DNA of 64,000 nt from Parcubacteria group bacterium (lineage in GTDB: Bacteria; Patescibacteriota; Minisyncoccia; Moranbacterales; UBA2206): NCBI GenBank assembly GCA_041661275.1, contig JBAZUU010000005.1:72-64071 (forward strand). The letters run 5' to 3'. Positions 1-9,489 of the stretch are shown here, piece after piece. The position numbers and the translations under genes are program-made. Below the pieces are notes generated by a model that had not been told where the DNA came from, ran no database searches, and worked only from the letters and a program-made list of their open reading frames with translations. Within the stretch, counting starts at the first letter, position 1, and each line of letters starts with the position of its first letter.

Positions 1-274
1 TCATTTTGTATTGGAACGGAAACTCATTTGGGTACTTTCTTGTATTGGACAATACTGAGAGTTGTTTTTTTATGAATTTAGTGATATTCTATTGATGTCA
101 CGTTCAACTAAATAGGCTTTGCTTTTTAAGCAAAGGTAGGGTTGTGCCTAGAAATAGGGCAACCTTACTTAAAACAATTGGGCATAACCTGTCTAGTTGG
201 GCGTGACAACCAGTAGGGTTGTCCTTTTTTTATTGGCAATATTACTGGAAAAGTTAATTTGCTAATAAAAAAAT

Positions 275-856
275 ATGCAAAAAACGCCAATAAATTTTGA
301 AAAAATTCATGAAGAATTTGACGGAATGATGTTTGATTTATGCGATGAATGTGGAGGGAGATGTGAAAAAAATAATCTGAGTCTATATTTGCCAGGAGAG
401 GTAGAATTTATTGCAGGGAAGTTAAAAATTAATTTTAAGGACTTTGTAAAAAAGTATTGTAATCTTGTTAAAATATCTGAAAATTCTGAATTGTATATTC
501 AAAAAGCAGGAACTTGTCCGTTCCTGGATAATGATTATCGGTGTACTCTTGAAAAGCCGAATTGCAAAATAATACGCTGCATGCTTTATCCCGTCTTAAT
601 TGGTCATCCAACAGATAAATTTAAAATTTTTCTTGATTATGAGGATTGTCCAATGGCTAATAAATTAACTGATCAGTTTAAAAAACAAGCTTTTAAAATA
701 TACGAAGATATCAGAGATACAATACCTGAATATTGGCTAGAATTTGTTTCAAAATATGATTTTATTACATATGACTATTCCAAATTAGAAAAACTGCGAG
801 ATAAAGAAATAATCACTCCTGAAGAATTAGAAAAGTGCGCAATAAGTTCTCATTAA
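275..856 (+). CDS. YkgJ/UPF0153-family Cys-rich putative Zn/Fe-chelating domain protein
   Basis: Motifs CDECGGRC and CPFLDNDYRCTLEKPNCKIIRCMLYP match the YkgJ-type CxxC...CPFLD..C...C pattern. Confidence 0.55.
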   Translation: MQKTPINFEKIHEEFDGMMFDLCDECGGRCEKNNLSLYLPGEVEFIAGKLKINFKDFVKKYCNLVKISENSELYIQKAGTCPFLDNDYRCTLEKPNCKIIRCMLYPVLIGHPTDKFKIFLDYEDCPMANKLTDQFKKQAFKIYEDIRDTIPEYWLEFVSKYDFITYDYSKLEKLRDKEIITPEELEKCAISSH

Positions 857-1719
857 TCGGACAACTTGCGGAGTAACTTATTATTAATCCTTTTTCTTTT
901 TCCAGAAGATAAAAAATTATTTTTTGAGGTTACCGATTTGCCAGATTTGTGCTCAATATCTTTTCTCGTCCGGCCAGCTACGCCTCCTCCGTCTTTTGCA
1001 TCTCTTTTGAGAAAGTCTAATCCCTTTGAATTTCTGTCGCGATGAAATTTTGTGGTTGTTGCTTCTCCTAACATAGTCAAAATCAATTCTATGTCATCCA
1101 TATGATCACGAAGATTTTCTCGTTTTAGTCCCTTGAACTTTTTATATTCATCTGCCGTCATATCGAAAGCACCTTTCAAAATTTCGTTTGTTAAAATGGC
1201 AAATTCGATATTTTCCCTTGCTCCACGATTTTTCCATTCGTTGGTAAGAGTTTCTCTCACCTCAATGCCTCGCATTCTTTTTTCAATCCATGCTTCAGGA
1301 TATCCTTTCGCTCGATAAATCGCTCGCGCTCTCTGAGCCGCCAATTCCGGATCTTCAATTTCTTGAACTCTTTCATAGCCAACCTTAGCCAACCAACGCT
1401 TAAATGGTTCGGCTTTAGGAGAGGGAATGGATTGGATAATTCGGAGCATAGTTTCAGTATTGGCGCAATCAGTTTCACGCATTTTTCCGTCTGGCGCTTC
1501 CATTTTCAACTGTCCGATTTTTTCGGACACTTCAGAATATCCCTCGTCAATCATCTTTTTTTTCAAATCGCTCCAATACTTCCTTGGTCGGTCACTATTT
1601 GTTAAAATATCAATGACATCAATAATTGAAAACCACCATTCGCTATTATGAATTATTTTTCTTACCGCTTTACCTTTAAAAATGGCAATTCTTGTGCTGT
1701 TCATGACTAAATTATACAA
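853..1719 (-). CDS. Bro-N domain protein (DinD / phage antirepressor-like)
   Basis: N-terminal AIFKGKAVRKIIHNSEWWFSIIDVIDIL is a Bro-N-like signature. Sits beside a recombinase gene. Confidence 0.5.
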   Translation of the reverse strand: MYNLVMNSTRIAIFKGKAVRKIIHNSEWWFSIIDVIDILTNSDRPRKYWSDLKKKMIDEGYSEVSEKIGQLKMEAPDGKMRETDCANTETMLRIIQSIPSPKAEPFKRWLAKVGYERVQEIEDPELAAQRARAIYRAKGYPEAWIEKRMRGIEVRETLTNEWKNRGARENIEFAILTNEILKGAFDMTADEYKKFKGLKRENLRDHMDDIELILTMLGEATTTKFHRDRNSKGLDFLKRDAKDGGGVAGRTRKDIEHKSGKSVTSKNNFLSSGKRKRINNKLLRKLSD

Positions 1720-2051
1720 TAATTCTAGAAAAATAGAAAATATTAAAGCTGTTATTTATATTTCATAATAAAAAAAGGTAAATTTGAAAATAAAATAAAT
1801 TCCGCCACCGCCCGCCGAGACCGCGCGATTTCGCGTCCGGTTCTTTCGGAAAAGAAACCGGACTGCCAAGACTGAAAAATTTTCTTTTCATTTTTGATTT
1901 AAAATCGGCCGCCCATAAAAAATCCGAAAAGTAGAGAAAATTTTTCGAGTGTTGGCACGCAAGTTCTCGTGGGAGAGAACTTGCGGCGAAATCGCGCGCG
2001 TAGGCGGCAGGGCTAAAGTTTTTCGAAAAAGGTTCGAGCATGGTCAAAGAT

Positions 2052-2205
2052 TGCGCACCACAGAGGACTTCGCGATTTTTCGGTCGTCAAAGCCGAAGAG
2101 TGCGCGCCGCGCGCCAAAGCGCGGCGCGCCAGGATTTCAGAGGCGAAATCAAAAGGCGGAGCGAAATTCCAGGAGGCGGTTTTTCCGGAAATCAGGCGGT
2201 TCGTC
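2052..2205. repeat. Left copy of a ~154-bp near-perfect inverted repeat (partner 3735-3888)
   Basis: Reverse complement of 3735-3888 matches 2052-2205 with one mismatch. GC-rich with internal dyad tgcgcgccgcgcgccaaagcgcggcgcgcca. Confidence 0.8.
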
Positions 2206-2355
2206 CTCGCCAAAGGCGAGATAAAACTTTTTGAAAATTTATGGTTCAAAAATTTTCATTTCCAATTTTTGGAGCAAAATAATCCCGCTTTGCGGGATTG
2301 AGGCGATTTTTCCTCTCCCTCACCGAACATTCTTTTGCCACGCCAAAATAAAAAT

Positions 2356-3957
2356 ATGAATACATTATCACAACCAACAAGATATTTTCTCTACATCAGA
2401 AAAAGCACGGATGAGGAAGACCGCCAAGTCTTGAGTTTGGAAGCGCAACTGACGGAACTAAAAGAATTTGCCGAAAAGGAAAGTTTAGAAATAATCGAAA
2501 CATTCGTCGAAAAGAAAACAGCCAAAACTCCAGGACGAGAAATTTTTAACAGTATGCTTCAAAAAATCGAAAGCGGTCTTCCTCATCCGATAGGAATTTT
2601 AGCGTGGCATCCGGACAGATTGTCCAGAAATTCAATTGACGGAGGAAAAATGATTTATCTTTTGGACACCGGAAAATTATCCGACCTGAAATTTCCCACT
2701 TTTGCATTCGAAAACAATCCCAGTGGTAAATTTTTCTTGGCTATCGGACTCTCAAACGCCAAATATTATGTGGACAATCTGTCCGAGAATGTTCGGCGAG
2801 GGAACCGCGCCAAGTTGCGGCGAGGCGAATGGCCCGGACAAAAACCTTTCGGGTATATTTATGATCACCGATTAAGGAATATTGTCCCTGACCCTAAAAA
2901 AGCGAAAATAGTGAAAACTATATACGAAGAATTTACCACCGGCAAACATACCTTAAAATCAATTTCAAATCGCCTCGCCGCGCTTGGCAGCGGTAAAATG
3001 AAATCTAATGGCGCTATTGAACATTTTCTGACCGCTAAACTTTACATGGGCATAATGCCCTGGAAAGGAGAAGTTTATGAAGGCAAATTCCAACCGCTCA
3101 TCTCAAAGCAATTGTTTGCCAAAGTGCAGGAAACATTGAAAAATCGGCGCAAGCCGAGAAAAAGCAAAAAGCGTCATAATTTCCCGTTCGTCGGACTTTT
3201 TCGCTGTTCCTGCGGAGCCATGATAACGGCTCAATTTGCCAAAGGTCATGGCGGAATATACCGCTATTATCGTTGCACTAGAAAACATGGGGCTTGCGCC
3301 GAAAAATATATTCAGGAGCCAGAATTGAAACAGAAGATTGTCGAAAAAATGCAAACAATTGCTTTGCCCTCTGAATGGATAGAAAATATGAAAATTAAAT
3401 TGGAGCAAGAAGAAAAATCACAAGCTCAATTAGCAGGAGCTTTCGCAGAAGCGAATAAAAAGAAAATTATTTTGATTCAGAAAAAATTAGACAAACTATT
3501 GGAAGGATATCTGGATAATCTCATTGACGAAGAAAGCTATCGACGCAAAAAAGAAGAATTGGTGCAACAAAAAACTGCCCTCAAGAATGAGCAGGAGTCG
3601 CTTCTGCGAAAGCAGATGAGCGGGTGGATCGAACCAATGAGAGAATTCATAAACGACCTTAAATACGCAGGAAAAATCGCCTCGGAGCAATCTCTGGAAG
3701 AGATTGCTAATTTTGCGCAAAAAATTGGAACGAACCGCCTGATTTCCGAAAAAACCGCCTCCTGGAATTTCGCTCCGCCTTTTGATTTCGCCTCTGAAAT
3801 CCTGGCGCGCCGCGCTTTGGCGCGCGGCGCGCACTCTTCGGCTTTGACGACCGAAAAATCGCGAAGTCCTCTGTGGTGCGCCCTGCAGGAGTCGAACCTG
3901 CAACCCCTTGGTCCGAAGCCAAGTACTCTATCCATTGAGCTAAGGGCGCATCATTAA
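2356..3957 (+). CDS. Large serine recombinase (resolvase/invertase N-domain, recombinase domain, zinc-ribbon)
   Basis: YIRKSTDEEDRQVLSLEAQ catalytic-Ser motif, RLSRN and a C-terminal CSCG...CTRKHGAC ribbon. ATG at 2356 (track starts at TTG 2335). The 3' end runs through inverted repeat B and over tRNA-Arg on the opposite strand. Confidence 0.85.
   Translation: MNTLSQPTRYFLYIRKSTDEEDRQVLSLEAQLTELKEFAEKESLEIIETFVEKKTAKTPGREIFNSMLQKIESGLPHPIGILAWHPDRLSRNSIDGGKMIYLLDTGKLSDLKFPTFAFENNPSGKFFLAIGLSNAKYYVDNLSENVRRGNRAKLRRGEWPGQKPFGYIYDHRLRNIVPDPKKAKIVKTIYEEFTTGKHTLKSISNRLAALGSGKMKSNGAIEHFLTAKLYMGIMPWKGEVYEGKFQPLISKQLFAKVQETLKNRRKPRKSKKRHNFPFVGLFRCSCGAMITAQFAKGHGGIYRYYRCTRKHGACAEKYIQEPELKQKIVEKMQTIALPSEWIENMKIKLEQEEKSQAQLAGAFAEANKKKIILIQKKLDKLLEGYLDNLIDEESYRRKKEELVQQKTALKNEQESLLRKQMSGWIEPMREFINDLKYAGKIASEQSLEEIANFAQKIGTNRLISEKTASWNFAPPFDFASEILARRALARGAHSSALTTEKSRSPLWCALQESNLQPLGPKPSTLSIELRAHH
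3735..3888. repeat. Right copy of the ~154-bp inverted repeat
   Basis: See 2052-2205. Overlaps the recombinase 3' end and the last ~10 nt of tRNA-Arg(TCG). Confidence 0.8.
3877..3950 (-). tRNA. tRNA-Arg (anticodon TCG)
   Basis: Cloverleaf read by eye: acceptor GCGCCCT/AGGGCGC, T-loop GGTTCGACTCC, anticodon loop CTTCGGA. Confidence 0.85.
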
Positions 3958-3969
3958 ATTTAAAATCCG

Positions 3970-4042
3970 GGCGGTCACTGGGAGTCGGACCCAGATTCTC
4001 GGTACCACAAACCGATGTCTTAACCGTTAGACGATGACCGCC
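3970..4042 (-). tRNA. tRNA-His (GTG) with G-1
   Basis: G-1 + GCGGTCA acceptor, anticodon loop TTGTGGT, T-loop GGGTCCGACTCCC. Confidence 0.85.
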
Positions 4043-4061
4043 ATATTAAATTTTTTTCCAG

Positions 4062-4134
4062 TGCGCCGAGCAGGAATCGAACCTGCGACCAAAAGGTTAG
4101 AAACCTTCTGCTCTATCCACTGAGCTACCGGCGC
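4062..4134 (-). tRNA. tRNA-Arg (TCT)
   Basis: GCGCCGGTAGCTCAGTGGATAGAGC..., anticodon loop TTTCTAA, GGTTCGATTCC. Confidence 0.85.
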
Positions 4135-4153
4135 TTAAAATTGTAAAAAGTAG

Positions 4154-4226
4154 TGCGCCCACCAGGATTCGAACCTGGGACCGTTTGCTTAAGAGGCAAC
4201 TGCTCTACCAGCTGAGCTATGGGCGC
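4154..4226 (-). tRNA. tRNA-Lys (CTT)
   Basis: GCGCCCATAGCTCAGCTGGTAGAGC, loop CTCTTAA, GGTTCGAATCC. Confidence 0.8.
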
Positions 4227-4289
4227 AATATAAAATTGCCTTTTGGCAATAGAAATATATTACCAAGAATAATGCCGACAGTCAACTTG

Positions 4290-4359
4290 TCTCCCACCAC
4301 TTTTTTACTTGCATTAAGAGTGTAAAAAATATTAAAAACAAAAAAAGTGGTGGGGGATA
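4290..4359. repeat. Long palindromic element / bidirectional terminator (tctCCCACCACTTTTTT...AAAAAGTGGTGGGGGAT)
   Basis: ~17-bp perfect arms immediately after the VanW stop codon. Paralogous to 6365-6429. Confidence 0.6.
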
Positions 4360-4361
4360 AA

Positions 4362-5666
4362 TTATATTCCATGCTGTTTTTTATAGGTGGACCATTCTTT
4401 GTCCGACCAGCCGTTGGGTTTTTGAGTGAGGACATCAGAAGTTGTTCCGGGATGGGGATATTTGGAAGGGGAGTCATAGTTACTGTTAAAAGTATCATCG
4501 ATGATTATCTTTCCATTGGTGTCCGTAACTTTTTGCCCGAGCGTCGTTTTCATCGAGCCGTCAGGATTGCGTTCAATTATTTTGGGACCATTAAGCTCTA
4601 CCTTTCTTCCATCATTGGTTCCATAAAAATCGAATATCAGTTCTGTTCCCTCAATTCTGGTCTGGATCAAAATATATTTCGGAGTATTATTCATAAACCG
4701 CAAATCCGGACGGGGGACATAAACTGTCGCGTCCATCCCTTGCGGATTATAATATTGCACCGGATAAGCGTGATTGCGTCTGGCGGTAATTTTCAAGCCG
4801 GAGTTGAGCGCCGCACGGAAAGCAGTAGTGGAAACCTGACAAATTCCACCGCCAAATTCCGGTTCCGTTTTATCTTTTTTAATAACGAGCTCTGGCAGAT
4901 AGCCATGGTCGCCGTCCACTTCCCCCAGAACTTTCACAAAAGAAAAATCTTCCCCGGGTTTTATCAGGACACCGTTAAACCGGTTGGTAGCGACATTGAT
5001 ATTGAAAATTCTGTTTTTAGGCGAGCCTCGAAAATTAGAACGGCCCTCCCCGATAAGATCGCTCACCCCCAGCGCGTCAATTGAATCAACATTGGAAATT
5101 TTCGGGTCGGATTCTTTATATGGAAGATTTAGCGGTTTTTTAAAATCCGCTCCGATAATATAATTCATCAGCATTTCAGCGCTTTTTGCCTCGTCCAGTT
5201 CGATTCCCTTGGTTCCGGAAGAAAATTCTGACACTTTTCCAGCCGCTACCTTTAGCTTGGCATCCTCCGGATTTTTATTAACCTTCAGCGCCAGCGCCGC
5301 GACATAGCTGCCAATTGAATCTTCGTTTATTCTTACGACTGATTTTTTTTGAATATGAATTTTTTTTGACGGTTCAAATGAGAGAGCGCAAAAGAGCGAT
5401 TTTTTGTATCCGCAAAAATTAGAATTTTCTATTTCTGAAAAATATTGCGGATTATAAACCAGCGACGTGGATTCTTCCAGCCATTTTTTTATCTCATCTT
5501 TGGTGGCGGTATAAGTTGTGTCTTTTACGGAAATACTGACAGCATTAGGCAGGCTGGCAGTTACGGAAACCATCGAACCGGATACATCTTTAGCTTGGGT
5601 AGATAATGGCAATGTCAAAAGACATACCAACAAAACAAGGAATTTGTGAAATCCTTTTCCAATCAT
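4362..5666 (-). CDS. VanW-family secreted protein
   Basis: Signal peptide. GGGICQVSTTAFRAALNSGLKITARRNHAYPVQYY is a VanW-domain signature. Confidence 0.75.
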   Translation of the reverse strand: MIGKGFHKFLVLLVCLLTLPLSTQAKDVSGSMVSVTASLPNAVSISVKDTTYTATKDEIKKWLEESTSLVYNPQYFSEIENSNFCGYKKSLFCALSFEPSKKIHIQKKSVVRINEDSIGSYVAALALKVNKNPEDAKLKVAAGKVSEFSSGTKGIELDEAKSAEMLMNYIIGADFKKPLNLPYKESDPKISNVDSIDALGVSDLIGEGRSNFRGSPKNRIFNINVATNRFNGVLIKPGEDFSFVKVLGEVDGDHGYLPELVIKKDKTEPEFGGGICQVSTTAFRAALNSGLKITARRNHAYPVQYYNPQGMDATVYVPRPDLRFMNNTPKYILIQTRIEGTELIFDFYGTNDGRKVELNGPKIIERNPDGSMKTTLGQKVTDTNGKIIIDDTFNSNYDSPSKYPHPGTTSDVLTQKPNGWSDKEWSTYKKQHGI

Positions 5667-5790
5667 ATATTAAGAATATACCAGAAAGTTGACTTAATCA
5701 ACCGGCATTAATATGATCAAAAAAAGAAAACCTTTTTCTGATTTTCTCTTTCTAAAGCTAATTTCTTTTCTAATAAACCAGTCTCCAAAT

Positions 5791-6351
5791 CTAGAAACCT
5801 CTGACTTGGATTTTTTTTGTCCTGGTATTATTGGCTTTCGGCATGCGGATGGTCAAAATTCCGTTTTTCATCGACGCTTCCACTTTGTCAGGGACAATAT
5901 CAATCGGCAAAATGACTGATCGGGAAAAGCCACCCCAATAACATTCCTGGTAATAATAATTTTCGCCGGTGATCTGTTCATCCTGTTTTCTTTCCCCGCG
6001 AATAGTGATCATATCGTTATTGATGCTGACATCCAGATCTTCCGGCTTCACTCCGGCAATGGTAGACTTTATGACGATATCACTGTCGGTCTGATAGACA
6101 TCGATTGTCAATTGTCCCTCAGAATCGTCGGAAGAACGGGAGAAATTTTCGTCCCGGACATTGACATTTGGTCTCACTGGCGGAGAAGCGTAAACTTCCG
6201 TTTCTCTTTCATCCACGTATAAATTTCTGGAAGGTTCCAGACGGTTAGTGTCTATGGGCTGTTCAGTTTCATAAATATCATTTTCCATATCTCTGGCTCC
6301 GGTTAATTTTTCCAAAAATGATCTTTTGACTTTTACCATAATATTTTTCAA
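5791..6351 (-). CDS. Hsp20/alpha-crystallin small heat-shock protein
   Basis: LTIDVYQTD...VKPEDLDVSINNDMITIRGERK...GGFSRSVILP...KVEASMKNGILTIRMPK alpha-crystallin domain. Confidence 0.8.
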   Translation of the reverse strand: MKNIMVKVKRSFLEKLTGARDMENDIYETEQPIDTNRLEPSRNLYVDERETEVYASPPVRPNVNVRDENFSRSSDDSEGQLTIDVYQTDSDIVIKSTIAGVKPEDLDVSINNDMITIRGERKQDEQITGENYYYQECYWGGFSRSVILPIDIVPDKVEASMKNGILTIRMPKANNTRTKKIQVRGF

Positions 6352-6364
6352 AATTTAATGTTTA

Positions 6365-6429
6365 TCCCCCACCACTTTTTCACTTTTTTCTTTCGCACCA
6401 AAGGTGCGAGTGAAAAAGTGGTGGGGGAT
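6365..6429. repeat. Palindromic element (ATCCCCCACCACTTTTTCAC...GTGAAAAAGTGGTGGGGGAT)
   Basis: 20-bp perfect outer arms plus inner tcgcacc/ggtgcga pair. Lies between the stop of 6489-6959 and the hsp20 start. Confidence 0.6.
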
Positions 6430-6488
6430 GAATTAAGGCTAATTGCATTATAGTCCGGAGTGAACTTTTTGGCAAGGTTTCAGCATCA

Positions 6489-6959
6489 TTATAGCAGATA
6501 TATCACTGCCAGGTTGTATAGAATATGGATAACCGAGTTGAAAATGAGAACTCGGGTTGCCATGAAATATCGGTTTTGTTTTTTGGATATAACCATCGCG
6601 GCAAAAATAGAAGTGAAAATATGGACGGATATCATTCCTAAAAGAAAATAAAAAGGAACACTTATCAGGTTTATCTTGCCGTAATAGTTGAGAGAAAGTT
6701 CTGCAGCGGAAAAACCCAGACCCACCAAAAACCCGCCGAAAATTATTGACCGTCTTTTTTCCAGAACAGAGAAGCTTTTGTAAATTACGGCGTATTTGAC
6801 AGTTTCTTCAACCAACGCTGATAGGATGAGGAAAATACTGAAATGAGCAAAGAAAACGACTTGCTTTTCTTCCGGGAAAAAGAGTGAAAAAGAAAGTTCA
6901 AAAAACAAGGCGAAGAGAGCGGCTAAAATTCCCAGAAATAGTGATTTAATAGGAGGCAT
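6489..6959 (-). CDS. Small polytopic membrane protein, possible CPBP/CAAX-type intramembrane protease family
   Basis: Four to five hydrophobic segments; EETVKY and HILYN resemble CPBP motifs 1 and 3. Weak. Confidence 0.4.
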   Translation of the reverse strand: MPPIKSLFLGILAALFALFFELSFSLFFPEEKQVVFFAHFSIFLILSALVEETVKYAVIYKSFSVLEKRRSIIFGGFLVGLGFSAAELSLNYYGKINLISVPFYFLLGMISVHIFTSIFAAMVISKKQNRYFMATRVLIFNSVIHILYNLAVIYLL

Positions 6960-7083
6960 AAATTTCGCTCGGATACATTTTTATTTTTTGCGCGGATTTC
7001 TTCGAACAGTTTATATTTCACTTTAGGACGAGAAATCTATGCAAAAAATAAAAAGTATCCTCGCTCAATAATTAATGTAATTA

Positions 7084-8145
7084 TTATTTTAATCTTAAAT
7101 TAGCGTCGGCTTCCAATTTTTTCCAATTAGAAGATAGTATTTTTTTATTCTTTTGTGACTGATACCGAAAATGTCCAGCCGTAGCGATCATAGCGGCATT
7201 GTCAACGGAGTAAGTCATATCGGGAATAACGTACGAAGTATTTTTTAGTTCCGTATCTATTTTTTCGCCCAATTGACGGCGCAATTCGATGTTGGCTGAT
7301 ACTCCGCCGGCAATCATTATGGTTTTGGGTCTATATCTCCTGGCCGCTCGTATAGTTTTAGAGATTAAAACGTCAATAACCGCTTGCTGAAACTCATGGC
7401 ACATAGCGGATACATAATCTTTATTCTTAATTAGTTCAGGATGCTTTTTGGTTTCATACAAAACGGCGGTTTTCAGGCCAGAGAAAGAGAAGTCAAAATT
7501 CTTAGAATTAATCATCGGACGAGGCATGGCTAGCTTATAGTTGTTAGCTTTTAGCTTATAGGAATTGGCTGTTTTTGAAATAATTGGACCGCCTGGGTAA
7601 TCGAGTCCCAAAATTCTCGCTACTTTGTCAAAGGCTTCACCGGCCGCGTCATCCAGAGTCTGCCCGACTATTTCATAATTAAGATGTTTTTTCATCAACA
7701 CCAATTGCGTATGTCCGCCAGAAACTACAAGACAGAGAAGTGGAAATTTTATTCCTGATTTTTGATTTTTGCCAACGAAGTTGGCGTATATATGTCCTTC
7801 AATATGATGAATACCGATTAAGGGTTTTCCCCAAGAATAAGAAAGGGTCTTGGCGGAATTGACGCCGATGAGAAGGGCGGGGATGAGGCCTGGACCTGCG
7901 GTAACAGCAATAAGATCAATTTTTTCCGGAGTAACCCTGGCAGTTTTCAGCGCTCTTTTTATCACTGGCAAAATATTTTTCAAGTGTTCTCTGGCCGCCA
8001 AATTAGGCACAACACCACCCCATTTTGAATGAAGTGCTATTTGAGAAGAAACGACATTTGACAGCACTGAGATTCCTTTGAAATTCGCGGAAATTATGGC
8101 GGCCGCTGTCTCATCGCATGATGTTTCTATGCCTAAAATAATCAT
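7084..8145 (-). CDS. tsaD: tRNA N6-adenosine threonylcarbamoyltransferase TsaD (Kae1/Gcp)
   Basis: MIILGIETSCDETAAAI...GHIYANFV...VSGGHTQLV... are canonical TsaD motifs. Confidence 0.9.
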   Translation of the reverse strand: MIILGIETSCDETAAAIISANFKGISVLSNVVSSQIALHSKWGGVVPNLAAREHLKNILPVIKRALKTARVTPEKIDLIAVTAGPGLIPALLIGVNSAKTLSYSWGKPLIGIHHIEGHIYANFVGKNQKSGIKFPLLCLVVSGGHTQLVLMKKHLNYEIVGQTLDDAAGEAFDKVARILGLDYPGGPIISKTANSYKLKANNYKLAMPRPMINSKNFDFSFSGLKTAVLYETKKHPELIKNKDYVSAMCHEFQQAVIDVLISKTIRAARRYRPKTIMIAGGVSANIELRRQLGEKIDTELKNTSYVIPDMTYSVDNAAMIATAGHFRYQSQKNKKILSSNWKKLEADANLRLK

Positions 8146-8222
8146 AGTTTAACTATAGCTAAAGGCGGCAGATATTGCAAAAATAAGGTAACCGGAAAAT
8201 AAAACCTATAAGCAGCTATAAT

Positions 8223-8933
8223 ATGAAGACAAGCGCATATTGTCGCTTTGACTATCATCCGATGGGGCATCATAATAGATATAAGATAATAGAAATGGCT
8301 GAAAATTTTATGCCAACCCAAAAAGAAAAAAATATTTTTTTACCAACATCGGATGGCTCTAATAATTCACAAATTACCAGCCTAACTGACAACGAACTGG
8401 TGAAAATGATCAAAAATAATCCTGATCTTTTTAAGGAGATAACGGTTCGTTATCAAGGCAAACTTTTTGCCTATCTTTACCGTTTGATCGGGGATAAAGA
8501 TGAGGCGGAAGATCTTCTGCAAAATGTTTTTATCAAAAGCTATCGCAACATTGAAAGTTATGACACCAGTCGCAAATTTTCTTCCTGGATATATCGCATC
8601 GCGCATAACGAAGCGGTCAATCATATAAAAAGAAAATCCCTGAAGCGCTTTGTTTCCATCGAAAGCATTACCAGCGTGAAAGACAAAATAGACTCGGCCA
8701 GCGCTGAAGACAATGCCCATGAATCCTGGATCAGAAAAGAAACCAGTAAGGAAGTGGACGACGCTATTAAAAAATTGCCTTTCAAATATCGACAAGTTCT
8801 GGTTCTGCGTTATTATTCTGACAAGTCCTATGAAGAAATTTCCGAGATCTTGGGAAAGCCGGTCAATACCGTCGGAACGCTTATAAAACGCGCTAAAGAT
8901 AAATTGTCGGTGGAATTAGACGATCTAAAATGA
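8223..8933 (+). CDS. RNA polymerase sigma-70 family (ECF-type) sigma factor
   Basis: Region 2 (LLQNVFIKSYRNIESYD...SWIYRIAHNEAVNHIKRK) and region 4 HTH (YEEISEILGKPVNTVGTLIKRAKDKL). True start may be ATG 8295. Confidence 0.8.
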   Translation: MKTSAYCRFDYHPMGHHNRYKIIEMAENFMPTQKEKNIFLPTSDGSNNSQITSLTDNELVKMIKNNPDLFKEITVRYQGKLFAYLYRLIGDKDEAEDLLQNVFIKSYRNIESYDTSRKFSSWIYRIAHNEAVNHIKRKSLKRFVSIESITSVKDKIDSASAEDNAHESWIRKETSKEVDDAIKKLPFKYRQVLVLRYYSDKSYEEISEILGKPVNTVGTLIKRAKDKLSVELDDLK

Positions 8934-8965
8934 AAAATCCTTAAGCTAAGCTTAAGGATTTTTGT
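8934..8965 (+). terminator. Rho-independent terminator
   Basis: Perfect hairpin aatccttaagc-ta-agcttaaggatt followed by TTTTT, straight after the sigma-factor stop. Confidence 0.6.
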
Positions 8966-9216
8966 AATTCGCAGTTCCAGCTAATCCTTTTTTTTGGCGA
9001 TAAAAACAATAAGCAGAAGAGCGATAACCACCAACATTCCAAAGATATAAAAGCTTGTCATAAAATTAGAAATATTCATAATTATTTTTTAGCCATGGTT
9101 CGATTGTATCAAATATATTCGACGAGTCAAACGAAATTGGTATTGATTTTTTATAAACTATATGCTAATATTTTTTTGTTGATATGATGTGCCTTAGGCA
9201 CTTTGTTTTATGTTAC

Positions 9217-9289
9217 GGCGCTATCGTCTAGGGGTCAGGACAGCGGGTTTTCAATCCGTTAACCGGGGTTCGAATCCCCGTAGCGCTAC
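9217..9289 (+). tRNA. tRNA-Glu (TTC)
   Basis: GGCGCTATCGTCTAGGGGTCAGGACA, loop TTTTCAA, GGTTCGAATCCCC. Confidence 0.85.
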
Positions 9290-9489
9290 ACGCAAAAACG
9301 AGGCTAATTCAAGCCTTGTTTTTTGCTACCTTAGGGGACAGTTGGAACTTTTAAGAAATTTTAGAAACAAGCGCTGGACAATCAACATTTTTTGTGATAT
9401 GCTCATTTGTTACAAGCGACCCTGTATTTTGGCCTATTTAAAACAACTTGCAACACAGTCCATTTCAATTCAACAAAAGGAGTTTAATA

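Noticed and set aside
1949-2249. Track ORFs 1949-2224(+), 2040-2234(+), 2013-2249(-) and 3496-3903/3537-3935/3707-3922(-) encoding Arg/Ala-rich peptides
   Set aside because: They lie entirely inside the GC-rich 154-bp inverted repeats and are mirror images of each other. They are open frames created by repeat composition, not genes.
4347-5084. 245-aa ORF on + strand
   Set aside because: Fully antisense to the well-supported VanW gene, with no motifs. Shadow ORF.
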